Sequence record: MG589387.1
Source of the DNA: Enterobacter phage phiT5282H
DNA: 31,978 bases
Strand: one strand, 5' to 3'
Each line of letters starts with the position of its first letter. Positions within the stretch are counted from its first letter, which is position 1. Shown piece after piece: positions 9,146-16,851 of this stretch. The translations under genes and the position numbers were made by a program. Below the pieces are notes generated by a model, which saw nothing but the letters and a program-made list of their open reading frames with translations, had not been told where the DNA came from and searched no databases.

Positions 9146-9178
9146 AATGAAGCCAAACCTATGACGTTTGGCTTCATT
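9146..9178. repeat. 13-bp perfect inverted repeat AATGAAGCCAAAC-N7-GTTTGGCTTCATT
   Basis: Seen directly. It lies upstream of the moron promoter (-35 GTAACA / -10 TACAAT candidates) and downstream of the int operon on the minus strand. Confidence 0.5.
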
Positions 9179-9186
9179 ATGTCGAA

Positions 9187-9207
9187 GTGTAGTCAAGATG
9201 TAGACGA
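9187..9207 (+). repeat. direct repeat copy 1 GTGTAGTCAAGATGTAGACGA (candidate Int arm-type site, contains tandem TGTAG(T/A)C)
   Basis: 19/21 identical to 9383-9403, about 196 bp away, flanking the ogr-int intergenic (attP) region. Confidence 0.45.
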
Positions 9208-9271
9208 AGATTAGAATAAATCCTTTTATTCCATTGTGTTACTGGCTGGATTCCTTCACCATCCCTGTCTT

Positions 9272-9298
9272 CCCCCACATGATGTGGGGGTTTTTTTT
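9272..9298 (+). terminator. strong rho-independent terminator (cccccac-atgat-gtggggg + T8)
   Basis: 7-bp GC-rich stem, 5-nt loop, 8 T's. It is unidirectional on the plus strand and lies inside the presumed attP. Confidence 0.7.
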
Positions 9299-9382
9299 AT
9301 CAGGCACTTAGAAAAAATCCCTTATAAATCAATCCTCCTTGCAACAGCCATAAGCAGTTACAAGAAGGATAAAGCGCTAAGG

Positions 9383-9403
9383 GTGTAGACAAGATGTAGA
9401 CAA
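9383..9403 (+). repeat. direct repeat copy 2 GTGTAGACAAGATGTAGACAA (candidate Int arm-type site)
   Basis: See copy 1. It lies 6 bp from the int stop codon. Confidence 0.45.
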
Positions 9404-9408
9404 CATTG

Positions 9409-10389
9409 TCACACCATCAGCCCGCCGCCAAGAGGGTTTAAAGTTACTGCGTGTTGCAGGTAATCAGGTGCAAGGTGAGCATAAACCATCGTCTGTTGTA
9501 TGCTGGCGTGCCCCAGAATTTGCTGTAACGCAATAATGTTCCCCCCGTTCATCATGAACCAGCTTGCAAATGTATGCCGAAGCACATGCGTGGCCTGCCC
9601 GCGTGGTAAATCGGGCTTAACCTGTCTGAGCCGTTCGCAGAAGTTTTCATAGTCAACTTTGAACAATGGCCCGGTGTCGCTGGTCTTGATCTCTTTCTCC
9701 AGTTCTTCCGATATGGGAACCGTGCGCTTTTTCCCGTTTTTGGTCTTAAGGAACGTCACGCGCCCGTGATTAACCTGCTCACCTCGCAGCGTGCTGCCTT
9801 CACCCCAGCGTGCGCCAGTGCTGAGGCATAGCAGTGCTACACGTCGATCGTCGCCGGTCAGAGTATCCAGCAATTTGCTGATCTCTGATTTGGCGAGATA
9901 AGTCATAGCTGGCGGCGCTTCTTTCAGTGGTTCCAGACCCTTACAGGGGTTTTCCTTTCTGAACTCTTCCAGCTTTATCAACGTGCTGAACATCCCGGAC
10001 AAACGGTAAATATCCCGGTTGATCGTTGCTGCGCTGATACCGTCTTCCAGCCGTTGGCTTCGGTGCTGTGCAATCATTCGCTTGTTCAGTCGGTTAACGG
10101 CTGGATCACCAAGCGCCCTGATTGTTTTATTCAGGTGCCGCTTTTCAATCTCGCCATTTTCCTGAGTCTGTCCATATAGCAGCCACCAGGTATCTAACAA
10201 CTCGCTTAAGGTGCGGCGGTCAACGCTCGCGCCCAGCCATTCTTTTTTGTCGGCGTTGGCTAATACATAACGCTCAAAAAGAACTGCCTCTTGTTTCTTC
10301 TCAAATCGCCTGCGGATACGTTTTCCGTTACGTCCGCGCGGCCATACGTCCACTTCATATTGACCACCTTCGAGCTTCTTAATCGACAT
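9409..10389 (-). CDS. int: tyrosine integrase (P2 Int-like)
   Basis: 326 aa. C-terminal catalytic region ...ATHVLRHTFASWFMMNGGNIIALQQILGHASIQQTMVYAHL with the R..H..R..Y pattern. Confidence 0.9.
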   Translation of the reverse strand: MSIKKLEGGQYEVDVWPRGRNGKRIRRRFEKKQEAVLFERYVLANADKKEWLGASVDRRTLSELLDTWWLLYGQTQENGEIEKRHLNKTIRALGDPAVNRLNKRMIAQHRSQRLEDGISAATINRDIYRLSGMFSTLIKLEEFRKENPCKGLEPLKEAPPAMTYLAKSEISKLLDTLTGDDRRVALLCLSTGARWGEGSTLRGEQVNHGRVTFLKTKNGKKRTVPISEELEKEIKTSDTGPLFKVDYENFCERLRQVKPDLPRGQATHVLRHTFASWFMMNGGNIIALQQILGHASIQQTMVYAHLAPDYLQHAVTLNPLGGGLMV

Positions 10390-10458
10390 AAGAAAGCCCT
10401 CCGGCGTTTATTTCCCCATCCTGATAACAGATAGTGAAAATGTAATGTTTATAAACAG

Positions 10459-10779
10459 TTAACCAGTTTGTTTCTCGGAGCGGTCTGATCCAGTTGACTC
10501 TGGCCCAATGTGTGCGAGGGCCGGTGCGATTTGACCAGCTTGAGGGGCGGTCTTATCAGTCATAAGCCAGAGCGTGTATTTTGCGAAACGTGAATGCTGA
10601 GTGATCTTAAGCAAGATATCGCTACCAATACTCTCCACTCTTCCTGTCTCGTAATACTTCTGCGTGCCAGCAGGTATTCCAGTTAATTCAAAGAATTGCT
10701 GCCTTGTTAACCCCTCCGCATCCCTGATAGCTCTGATTTTTTCACCCACGCCGCTTGACGGGGTAGGGATCTCTACCAT
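10459..10779 (-). CDS. C: immunity repressor C (HTH)
   Basis: EKIRAIRDAEGLTRQQFFELTGI...KYTLWLMTDKTAPQAGQIAPALAHIG parallels P2 C (EKIVLMRKSEYLSRQQLADLTGV...KYTLWFMTNQIAPESGQIAPALAHFG). The ATG at 10779 has an AAGGAG RBS. The longer annotated ORF (to 10818) is produced by a repeat. Confidence 0.85.
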   Translation of the reverse strand: MVEIPTPSSGVGEKIRAIRDAEGLTRQQFFELTGIPAGTQKYYETGRVESIGSDILLKITQHSRFAKYTLWLMTDKTAPQAGQIAPALAHIGPESTGSDRSEKQTG

Positions 10780-10812
10780 AACATTCTCCTTAAGGGTGGT
10801 AATCTCTACCAT
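10769..10812. promoter_or_regulatory. two direct repeats (A/G)ATCTCTACCAT, 32 bp apart, overlapping the C start codon; candidate C operator pair / Pe-Pc switch region
   Basis: Copies at 10769-10780 and 10801-10812. Read on the minus strand each is ATGGTAGAGAT. P2 C is known to bind direct repeats at the early promoter. Confidence 0.4.
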
Positions 10813-10879
10813 GAGCAACCGCCAATATAAGCAGTTACAAGCCGAAATAAGCGCCTAGCGCCGATGGGGATTATGACAC

Positions 10880-11161
10880 ATGACAGAGAAAGAGTTAGAG
10901 GGGTTCATTGAAGTGCGTCACGCCGTTGACGCGGTTCCATACCCTAAATTTGCCGAGTTAATCGGTAAGAAGCCCGCCACGGTTAAGAGCATGATTGAAG
11001 ACGGTAAGTTGCCGATCATTCCGTGGAAGAACCCGGAAAGCCTGGGCGCCCGTGCTGAGAATTGGATCTATATTCCTGAGTTCAATCGTGCAATGCGTGA
11101 CGCCTACTACAACCGTCCGAGAGAGCAGCGCGACGCTTGGTTGCTGTGGATCGGTCTTTGA
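10880..11161 (+). CDS. cox: Cox (excisionase / repressor of Pc)
   Basis: ...YPKFAELIGKKPATVKSMIEDGKLPII... and C-terminal RDAWLLWIGL resemble P2 Cox (YQEFAKLIGKSTGAVRRMIDKGKLPVI ... RDGWLMWLGL). Confidence 0.85.
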   Translation: MTEKELEGFIEVRHAVDAVPYPKFAELIGKKPATVKSMIEDGKLPIIPWKNPESLGARAENWIYIPEFNRAMRDAYYNRPREQRDAWLLWIGL

Positions 11162-11171
11162 GGTTATCGCG

Positions 11172-11375
11172 ATGAGCCAGAAAACAGCCAACCACGAAAA
11201 CCGGGTGCGTGAATGCAACGACATTCTGGACACCCATTTAAAAGATATGCAAACGGGATTCATGATTCGCACCAATAGCGGCGAGTTTATGATCAGGGAT
11301 AAAAAGCTGATTAAGAAAATAACCAAAGACGTGCCCCGCCATGTTGATGGTAAATTGCTTAAATTGGGAATGTGA
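11172..11375 (+). CDS. hypothetical early protein (P2 orf78 position)
   Basis: 67-aa ORF MSQKTANHENRV... with GAGG RBS, directly after cox. Confidence 0.5.
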   Translation: MSQKTANHENRVRECNDILDTHLKDMQTGFMIRTNSGEFMIRDKKLIKKITKDVPRHVDGKLLKLGM

Positions 11376-11385
11376 GGGGGCTTTT

Positions 11386-11592
11386 GTGGCTGTGCAATTA
11401 ATACAGTTAAGTCGTCATTCATATTTATATCGTGGCTTCACTATTCAGAAATGCCCGCGTAATCCATTTACGTTTAAGCACTCTTATCGTATTTCCAGCA
11501 ATGGTGATTATTACGGGCGTGACTTTGCTTTAGCGGAAGCCATGCGCACGGTTGACCAGATGTATAAGCAAGGGGGCAGTGATGCACGATGA
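11386..11592 (+). CDS. hypothetical small protein (GTG start)
   Basis: GAGGGGG RBS 5 nt before GTG. An alternative ATG at 11341 overlaps the previous gene. Confidence 0.3.
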   Translation: MAVQLIQLSRHSYLYRGFTIQKCPRNPFTFKHSYRISSNGDYYGRDFALAEAMRTVDQMYKQGGSDAR

Positions 11593-11812
11593 AGGCCCAT
11601 CACTGGCAAGCCTGCTTAAGCACGGGTGCCAGGTCACACACTTCAAGAACTCACGCGGCTGGCTGGAAACGCCGGACGGAAGATTTTTTAAGCCCGAACC
11701 GGCGAAGGTTCAATTTATCAAAGGTAAAAATAAACCGTTTATTTATACCCAAAGAATAAATAAAGGATTCCTGCTTGCACTGGCTGAATTATTTAAAAAG
11801 CTAATTAAGTAA
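11582..11812 (+). CDS. hypothetical Lys-rich small protein; 3' half is AT-rich
   Basis: ATG preceded by AAGGGGG. 76 aa. Confidence 0.4.
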   Translation: MHDEGPSLASLLKHGCQVTHFKNSRGWLETPDGRFFKPEPAKVQFIKGKNKPFIYTQRINKGFLLALAELFKKLIK

Positions 11813-11897
11813 TTCGGTTTTAAAAAATCAACTCTATTTTCTCCGCCTCTTTATTAAGTGGCGGCGGTTCAACTCATTCTTTTTTGAGGAAGAGATA

Positions 11898-12110
11898 ATG
11901 ACCAGACGTGATCAATATAGCTTCATTTTGCATGTTCTTTTACCTGCTATCGAAAATGAAGGTTTAACCATTAAAACCCGCCGTGATGGCGAGTTAACCC
12001 TTTCTGCCAGTGGGTCAGTAACCACCAATTTTATAAGCAATCTGCGCCAGCACTGCATTGAAGAGTTGCAGCGCCCTTCTATTCCAGCTTCCCATTACGG
12101 AGTCCTGTAA
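11898..12110 (+). CDS. hypothetical 70-aa protein, translationally coupled to dam
   Basis: Good RBS (GAGGAAGAGATAATG). Its stop lies 1 nt before the dam ATG. Confidence 0.5.
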   Translation: MTRRDQYSFILHVLLPAIENEGLTIKTRRDGELTLSASGSVTTNFISNLRQHCIEELQRPSIPASHYGVL

Positions 12111-12111
12111 A

Positions 12112-13083
12112 ATGATCCGCCCGTTCATCAAATGGGCAGGGGGTAAAACCCGTGTCCTTCCTGACCTGCTGCCGCACCTTCCTAAAGCCGACTGCCTGAT
12201 CGAACCGTTCGTAGGCGGCGCATCGGTATTTCTGGCGACTGAATACCGCCGCTATGTGCTGGCTGATATCAACCCGGATCTTATTAACCTGTATCGGGAA
12301 GTCACCCGTTACCCGGACTTAGTGATCGATGCGGCCCGCGAACTGTTCAACAGTAAGAACAGCCCGCAGGGATACAACGAAGTCCGCGCCGCGTTCAATA
12401 AGCAGGTGGGTACGGTTAAAAGCGGTGGGTTGCGTTATGGCGCTGAAATGGCGTGCATCATGCGTGCTGCTCAATTCCTGTATCTGAACCGCCACGGTTA
12501 TAACGGCTTATGCCGTTACAGCCGTAAGACCGGCTTTAACGTGCCGTTTGGCAAGTATAAGAGCGTCTACTTTCCTGAAAATGAAATCCGCCTGTTTGCC
12601 GAAAAGGCCAACGATACAAAGGCAATATTTCTTTGCGCGCCGTTCCAGCGTTCTTTACAGGTCGTCACGGGTGGCGATGTTCTCGTTTACTGCGATCCGC
12701 CTTATCTGCCTGAGAGCAAAACAGCGGACTTCACCCAATACCATACCGAACCATTCACGGAAGACAACCACCGCCAGTTAGTCCAGGCACTGCTGGAAGT
12801 TAACCGTAAGCATGGCGTGAAGGTCGTCATTTCAAACAGCGACACCGAAGCCACCCGCGCGATTTATCAGCCCTTCAAGATGCACGAAATCAGCGTACAA
12901 CGCTCCGTCAGCACCGACAAAGACAACCGCCAGAAGGCCAAAGAAGTGATCGGCGTGCTGACTGTCTGCGACTGCTGCGGGCGTTACGGCGGCGGTTGCC
13001 CTGATTGTGGCGCCGTGATGGGTGATGCGACTTACAACGCGATGGTTGCGGCGGGCACGTTTGACGATCTGGAGGCTTTTTAA
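12112..13083 (+). CDS. dam: DNA adenine methyltransferase (Dam/D12 class) with Cys-rich C-terminal tail
   Basis: Motifs IKWAGGK, FVGGASV (motif I) and DPPY (motif IV). C-terminal ...CDCCGRYGGGCPDCG... cluster. Confidence 0.9.
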   Translation: MIRPFIKWAGGKTRVLPDLLPHLPKADCLIEPFVGGASVFLATEYRRYVLADINPDLINLYREVTRYPDLVIDAARELFNSKNSPQGYNEVRAAFNKQVGTVKSGGLRYGAEMACIMRAAQFLYLNRHGYNGLCRYSRKTGFNVPFGKYKSVYFPENEIRLFAEKANDTKAIFLCAPFQRSLQVVTGGDVLVYCDPPYLPESKTADFTQYHTEPFTEDNHRQLVQALLEVNRKHGVKVVISNSDTEATRAIYQPFKMHEISVQRSVSTDKDNRQKAKEVIGVLTVCDCCGRYGGGCPDCGAVMGDATYNAMVAAGTFDDLEAF

Positions 13084-13262
13084 TGAATCTTACAGACGCC
13101 TGGATCGTTGAAATCATAAGCGTGAGTCGTGGCGAGATTGCGCCGTATTGGTTGGTTGAGGCGAAAGTAACAGCTTATGGAAGGGAGTCAATAACCACAA
13201 TTCTGAAGAAATCAGAAGAGGAAGCCAAAGCCGTTAAAGTAGGGGATGTAGTTCAAATATGA
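13083..13262 (+). CDS. hypothetical 59-aa protein, coupled between dam and A
   Basis: TAATG overlap with the dam stop and ATGA overlap with the A start. Not in the ORF track because it is under 60 aa. Confidence 0.45.
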   Translation: MNLTDAWIVEIISVSRGEIAPYWLVEAKVTAYGRESITTILKKSEEEAKAVKVGDVVQI

Positions 13263-15631
13263 CCACGGAAACCCGTGGCCGTCGCGCCCCTTCTCCACCT
13301 CCACCGTATCCGGGTAGCACTGACAATGCTATCCCTTACGCTTATGGGGGAAACAAACCATACCAGCCTATTGGCGTTGATGTCGCGCCGGGGCTGGATG
13401 GTTTCGACTATCTCACGCCGGACGGCAGGCGCAAGCATATTGCGTTCAGTGAACTGGTAGCGGAAGACGAAAAGCCGGAGCGCAGCAAGCTGCTGCGTCG
13501 CCGTCTGGCTTCACTTCCGCAGTATATCCGCCGCCACTTTGCCGCGAAGCTGGATGCACTGGACGCGAAAGACCGCAAAGCGGCAGATCACTGGCTGGTT
13601 AATACCTTTGAGCGCCACGTATTAACGCGAATTGATAGCGTGAACAGTGTTTACCAGCCTGACACTATGATGCCCGGCATTCTGCTGCCAATTCGCGATC
13701 AGCTTTTCCGTATGCTCTGGGCAGGGAAGAAAGAGTTAAAAAGACTGGCTTATACGCTTGCCGATATCTTTACGAGCGAGTTTATACGCGAGTCCGATCA
13801 CCAATTGGCACGCACCGGAGATCCTGAGTTCGCGGCGCTTTCTGGCTATGGCCGTATTGCGTCGCTGGCGGTGCATCTGAAAACGCCGATCCCCGGCTGG
13901 ACGGCGTATTGCAATGAAGAACTGGAAGCGGAGGACGCGTTACGCGCGGTTCTTCGCCTTGAGTCACCGCAGTGGTGGTTAAACCGCCTGCGCCGTATCC
14001 ATGCCCGGTGGCGTGAGCATTTGATGATCGCAGCGGGATACGTCCAGAAAAAATCTTCCCCATACAGTAGCGCCCCGTGCCTTACGGAATGGCTGGCCCA
14101 GAAAAAGGCTAACCGTGAATACCTCAAGGCTATGGAACTGGAAGATCAGGACACGGGCGAGCGCATTTCACTGATCGATAAAGTCGCTGGCAGTGTTGCC
14201 AATCCGGCCAACCGTCGCCGCGAACTCATGACGAGAATGCGCGGCTTTGAAGATCTGGCGAAGCTGGAAGGGCTGGCCGGTGACTTCTACACGCTGACAG
14301 CACCTTCCCGTTACCACTCCATGCAGCATAACGGGCGCCGCAATAATAAATACTGTGGCGCGTCGCCGCGCGAGACGCAGCAATATCTTTGCAAAGTCTG
14401 GGCGAGAACCCGCGCAGCGTGGAAGAGAAAAGGGATCCGCGTCTTTGGTTTTCGCGTGGTCGAACCGCACCACGATGCAACGCCACACTGGCATTTACTT
14501 CTTTTTATGCGCCCGGAATGCGTCGAGCAGGCGCGCGAAATCTTCCGTAAATATGCCCTGAAAGAAGACGGCAACGAACCGGGAGCGCAGGAAAACCGCT
14601 TTCAGGTTGTGCCGATCGACGATGCCCACGGCAGCGCAACCGGCTACATAGCGAAATACATTTCGAAGAATATCGACGGCTTCGCGCTGGATGGTGAGAA
14701 AGACGACGAAACCGGGGAAGACCTGAAAGAAATGTCACTCCGCGTTAGCGCGTGGGCATCGCGCTGGGCTATTCGTCAGTTTCAGCAGATCGGCGGTGCG
14801 CCGGTCACGGTATATCGCGAACTTCGCCGCCTGGGCGATCGCGAACTGGTGTTACACCCTGAACTGGAAACCGCCCGGCAGGCCGCTAACGGTGGCGAAT
14901 GGGATAACTACGTATTAGCCCAGGGTGGCCCATTGGTTGAGCGCGATAAGCTGCGCATCCGTCTGAATTATGAAACCACTGAAAACGGCAACGCCTACGG
15001 CGATAACGTCCAGCGAATCACAGGTATTTACTGCCCTATTACGGGCAATGACTCTTTGATCTTCACCCGCACCACTCAATACAAAATCGTGCCGAAGCGC
15101 CAGAGCGCTGACGGTGTGGCCGTTGACGTTGGTTTTTCAGGCGGCAGCGCCGCCCCTCGGAGTTCTGTCAATAACTGTACGCGGGATCCCGCGGCAGGTG
15201 CTGACGGTCTTGAACATGCCGATCATGAAGTGAGTGAGACGGTGAATTTTGATGCGCTTTCCCGGCAGGGAAAGAGGGAACTGGCGCAGAGGTTGAAAGA
15301 GGACTTGAAGCGAACTCGTAAGAAACTGTCACATCAACGGCAAGAAGGGTCTGGGCTGTCAATCAAAGAGAAACATATTCATGAGCTTCTTTCTTTACGC
15401 GGAGTTGATGCAAGCGCTGCAATGGTCAGATCGCTAATTGCTGGTTCATCTTTAGCCTGTGGGGATCAGGTAATGAGCGTAAGCAATGGGAAGTTAAAAT
15501 CAAGTAGTCGCGCTGGTGCAGGAATAGGCATGCTGCCGACACAAGTGAAGGAGATAAAAGATAAAACTGTAGAACTTATCAATCGTTGGAAACGAGTATT
15601 GGCAGTATGTTCGAGTAAACTTACTGGATAG
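13259..15631 (+). CDS. A: replication initiation protein A (rolling-circle nickase)
   Basis: 790 aa. Active-site region TGYIAKYISKNIDG (paired Tyr) and HWHLLLF motif, as in the P2 gpA family. Confidence 0.9.
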   Translation: MTTETRGRRAPSPPPPYPGSTDNAIPYAYGGNKPYQPIGVDVAPGLDGFDYLTPDGRRKHIAFSELVAEDEKPERSKLLRRRLASLPQYIRRHFAAKLDALDAKDRKAADHWLVNTFERHVLTRIDSVNSVYQPDTMMPGILLPIRDQLFRMLWAGKKELKRLAYTLADIFTSEFIRESDHQLARTGDPEFAALSGYGRIASLAVHLKTPIPGWTAYCNEELEAEDALRAVLRLESPQWWLNRLRRIHARWREHLMIAAGYVQKKSSPYSSAPCLTEWLAQKKANREYLKAMELEDQDTGERISLIDKVAGSVANPANRRRELMTRMRGFEDLAKLEGLAGDFYTLTAPSRYHSMQHNGRRNNKYCGASPRETQQYLCKVWARTRAAWKRKGIRVFGFRVVEPHHDATPHWHLLLFMRPECVEQAREIFRKYALKEDGNEPGAQENRFQVVPIDDAHGSATGYIAKYISKNIDGFALDGEKDDETGEDLKEMSLRVSAWASRWAIRQFQQIGGAPVTVYRELRRLGDRELVLHPELETARQAANGGEWDNYVLAQGGPLVERDKLRIRLNYETTENGNAYGDNVQRITGIYCPITGNDSLIFTRTTQYKIVPKRQSADGVAVDVGFSGGSAAPRSSVNNCTRDPAAGADGLEHADHEVSETVNFDALSRQGKRELAQRLKEDLKRTRKKLSHQRQEGSGLSIKEKHIHELLSLRGVDASAAMVRSLIAGSSLACGDQVMSVSNGKLKSSSRAGAGIGMLPTQVKEIKDKTVELINRWKRVLAVCSSKLTG

Positions 15632-15733
15632 ATTTTATGCTGATTATCCATACAGTAAAAAAGTGAGGATACTCTTTGAATAACGTTATTCAGAGTGGTA
15701 AGATTAGGCATTAATTTTCATTAACATAGTTAC

Positions 15734-15749
15734 CAACTTATGTAAGTTG
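15734..15749. promoter_or_regulatory. perfect 16-bp palindrome CAACTTA-TG-TAAGTTG about 20 bp upstream of the ATPase start
   Basis: Seen directly in the AT-rich 137-bp gap after gene A. Candidate operator. Confidence 0.45.
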
Positions 15750-15768
15750 ATGTTTTATTGGGGGTTTT

Positions 15769-16851
15769 ATGGTAAATGTGCGGGAGGATGAACTTTTCAA
15801 ACTCATCGAGCAAGGCATCAAAGGCAACGCAAATGCATTTACACTCCTATGCAGAAAGATGATTAACAACATCCGTAAAAATGATGAGACCTTAGCTTCT
15901 AAGCTGGCTTCGTTAGTTGCTGAGGGAACAGTATTGCGTGGGGCATCTAGTAATGCTCCTATGCCTGTGGATGGAGACTCCAGACGAAACCTTTTGCAGG
16001 AAACATCTGTCAACGCAATTGTTGAAGAACCTGTATGGAATTCGGATATCTCAAAGAAGCTGGAGTCAATTGTTAACGAAAGAGAGAATGCAGTTTCTTT
16101 GTTCAAAGCCGGTCTTGAACCTGTAAAAACGGTTTTACTTTCTGGCCCGCCAGGCGTAGGCAAAACAATGTCCGCACATTGGCTTGCTGCAAAGTTAAAT
16201 TTACCTCTTTTAACATTGGATCTCTCATCTGTAATGAGTTCTCTTTTGGGAAAAACAGGCAATAATATTAAATCCGTTATGGATTATGCCAAAGAGAAAC
16301 CATGTGTCCTTTTGCTTGATGAATTTGATGCTGTTGCAAAAAGACGTGATGATGACAGGGACGTTGGAGAATTAAAACGTTTAGTTACTGTACTCCTACA
16401 GACCATAGATGAATGGCCAGCGACCTCGCTTCTTGTTGCTGCGACTAATCACCCTGATATCTTAGATCCGGCTGTTTGGCGTCGATTTGAGCATATCCTT
16501 AAATTTAATATGCCATCAGTAGAACTGATAGATAGATATTTAGTTAATCATGATATTGAGCCTGAATTATCTAAAAAACTTGCACCATTATTAGATGGCA
16601 TGTCCTTTGCCATTATTAACCGTATTTTGAATTTCTCCAAAAAGAATGAAGTGCTTAGAAATGTTCCATTTGAAAGTTCATTAATAGAGGCCGTAGTTAC
16701 GGAGAGGGTTTCATTGGATGATTTTAGCGATAATGATCTCAATATAATTAAATATCATTTTGACGGTATTTCAAATAGGAAGATAGCTGAATTAGTTGGT
16801 GTTTCACATCCAACAATCGCGAATAAATTACAAAAGTGGGGGGTTAAATGA
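15769..16851 (+). CDS. classical AAA+ ATPase with C-terminal HTH (LuxR/sigma-70 region-4-like) domain
   Basis: Walker A LLSGPPGVGKTM, Walker B CVLLLDEFD, sensor/second region of homology VAATNHPDILDPAVWRRFE. C-terminal ISNRKIAELVGVSHPTIANKLQKWG. GGGGG RBS. Low GC. Confidence 0.85.
   Translation: MVNVREDELFKLIEQGIKGNANAFTLLCRKMINNIRKNDETLASKLASLVAEGTVLRGASSNAPMPVDGDSRRNLLQETSVNAIVEEPVWNSDISKKLESIVNERENAVSLFKAGLEPVKTVLLSGPPGVGKTMSAHWLAAKLNLPLLTLDLSSVMSSLLGKTGNNIKSVMDYAKEKPCVLLLDEFDAVAKRRDDDRDVGELKRLVTVLLQTIDEWPATSLLVAATNHPDILDPAVWRRFEHILKFNMPSVELIDRYLVNHDIEPELSKKLAPLLDGMSFAIINRILNFSKKNEVLRNVPFESSLIEAVVTERVSLDDFSDNDLNIIKYHFDGISNRKIAELVGVSHPTIANKLQKWGVK

Noticed and set aside
9067-9177. N-terminal 37-codon extension of the phosphoesterase ORF (MKPNVIGLASLL...)
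   Set aside because: It reads through the gene's own promoter and the inverted repeat. The internal ATG at 9066 has a GAGGTGG RBS and starts the Tat signal.
13782-14738. Cluster of 77-108-aa minus-strand ORFs
   Set aside because: Inside the replication gene A on the opposite strand. Arg-rich GC artefacts.
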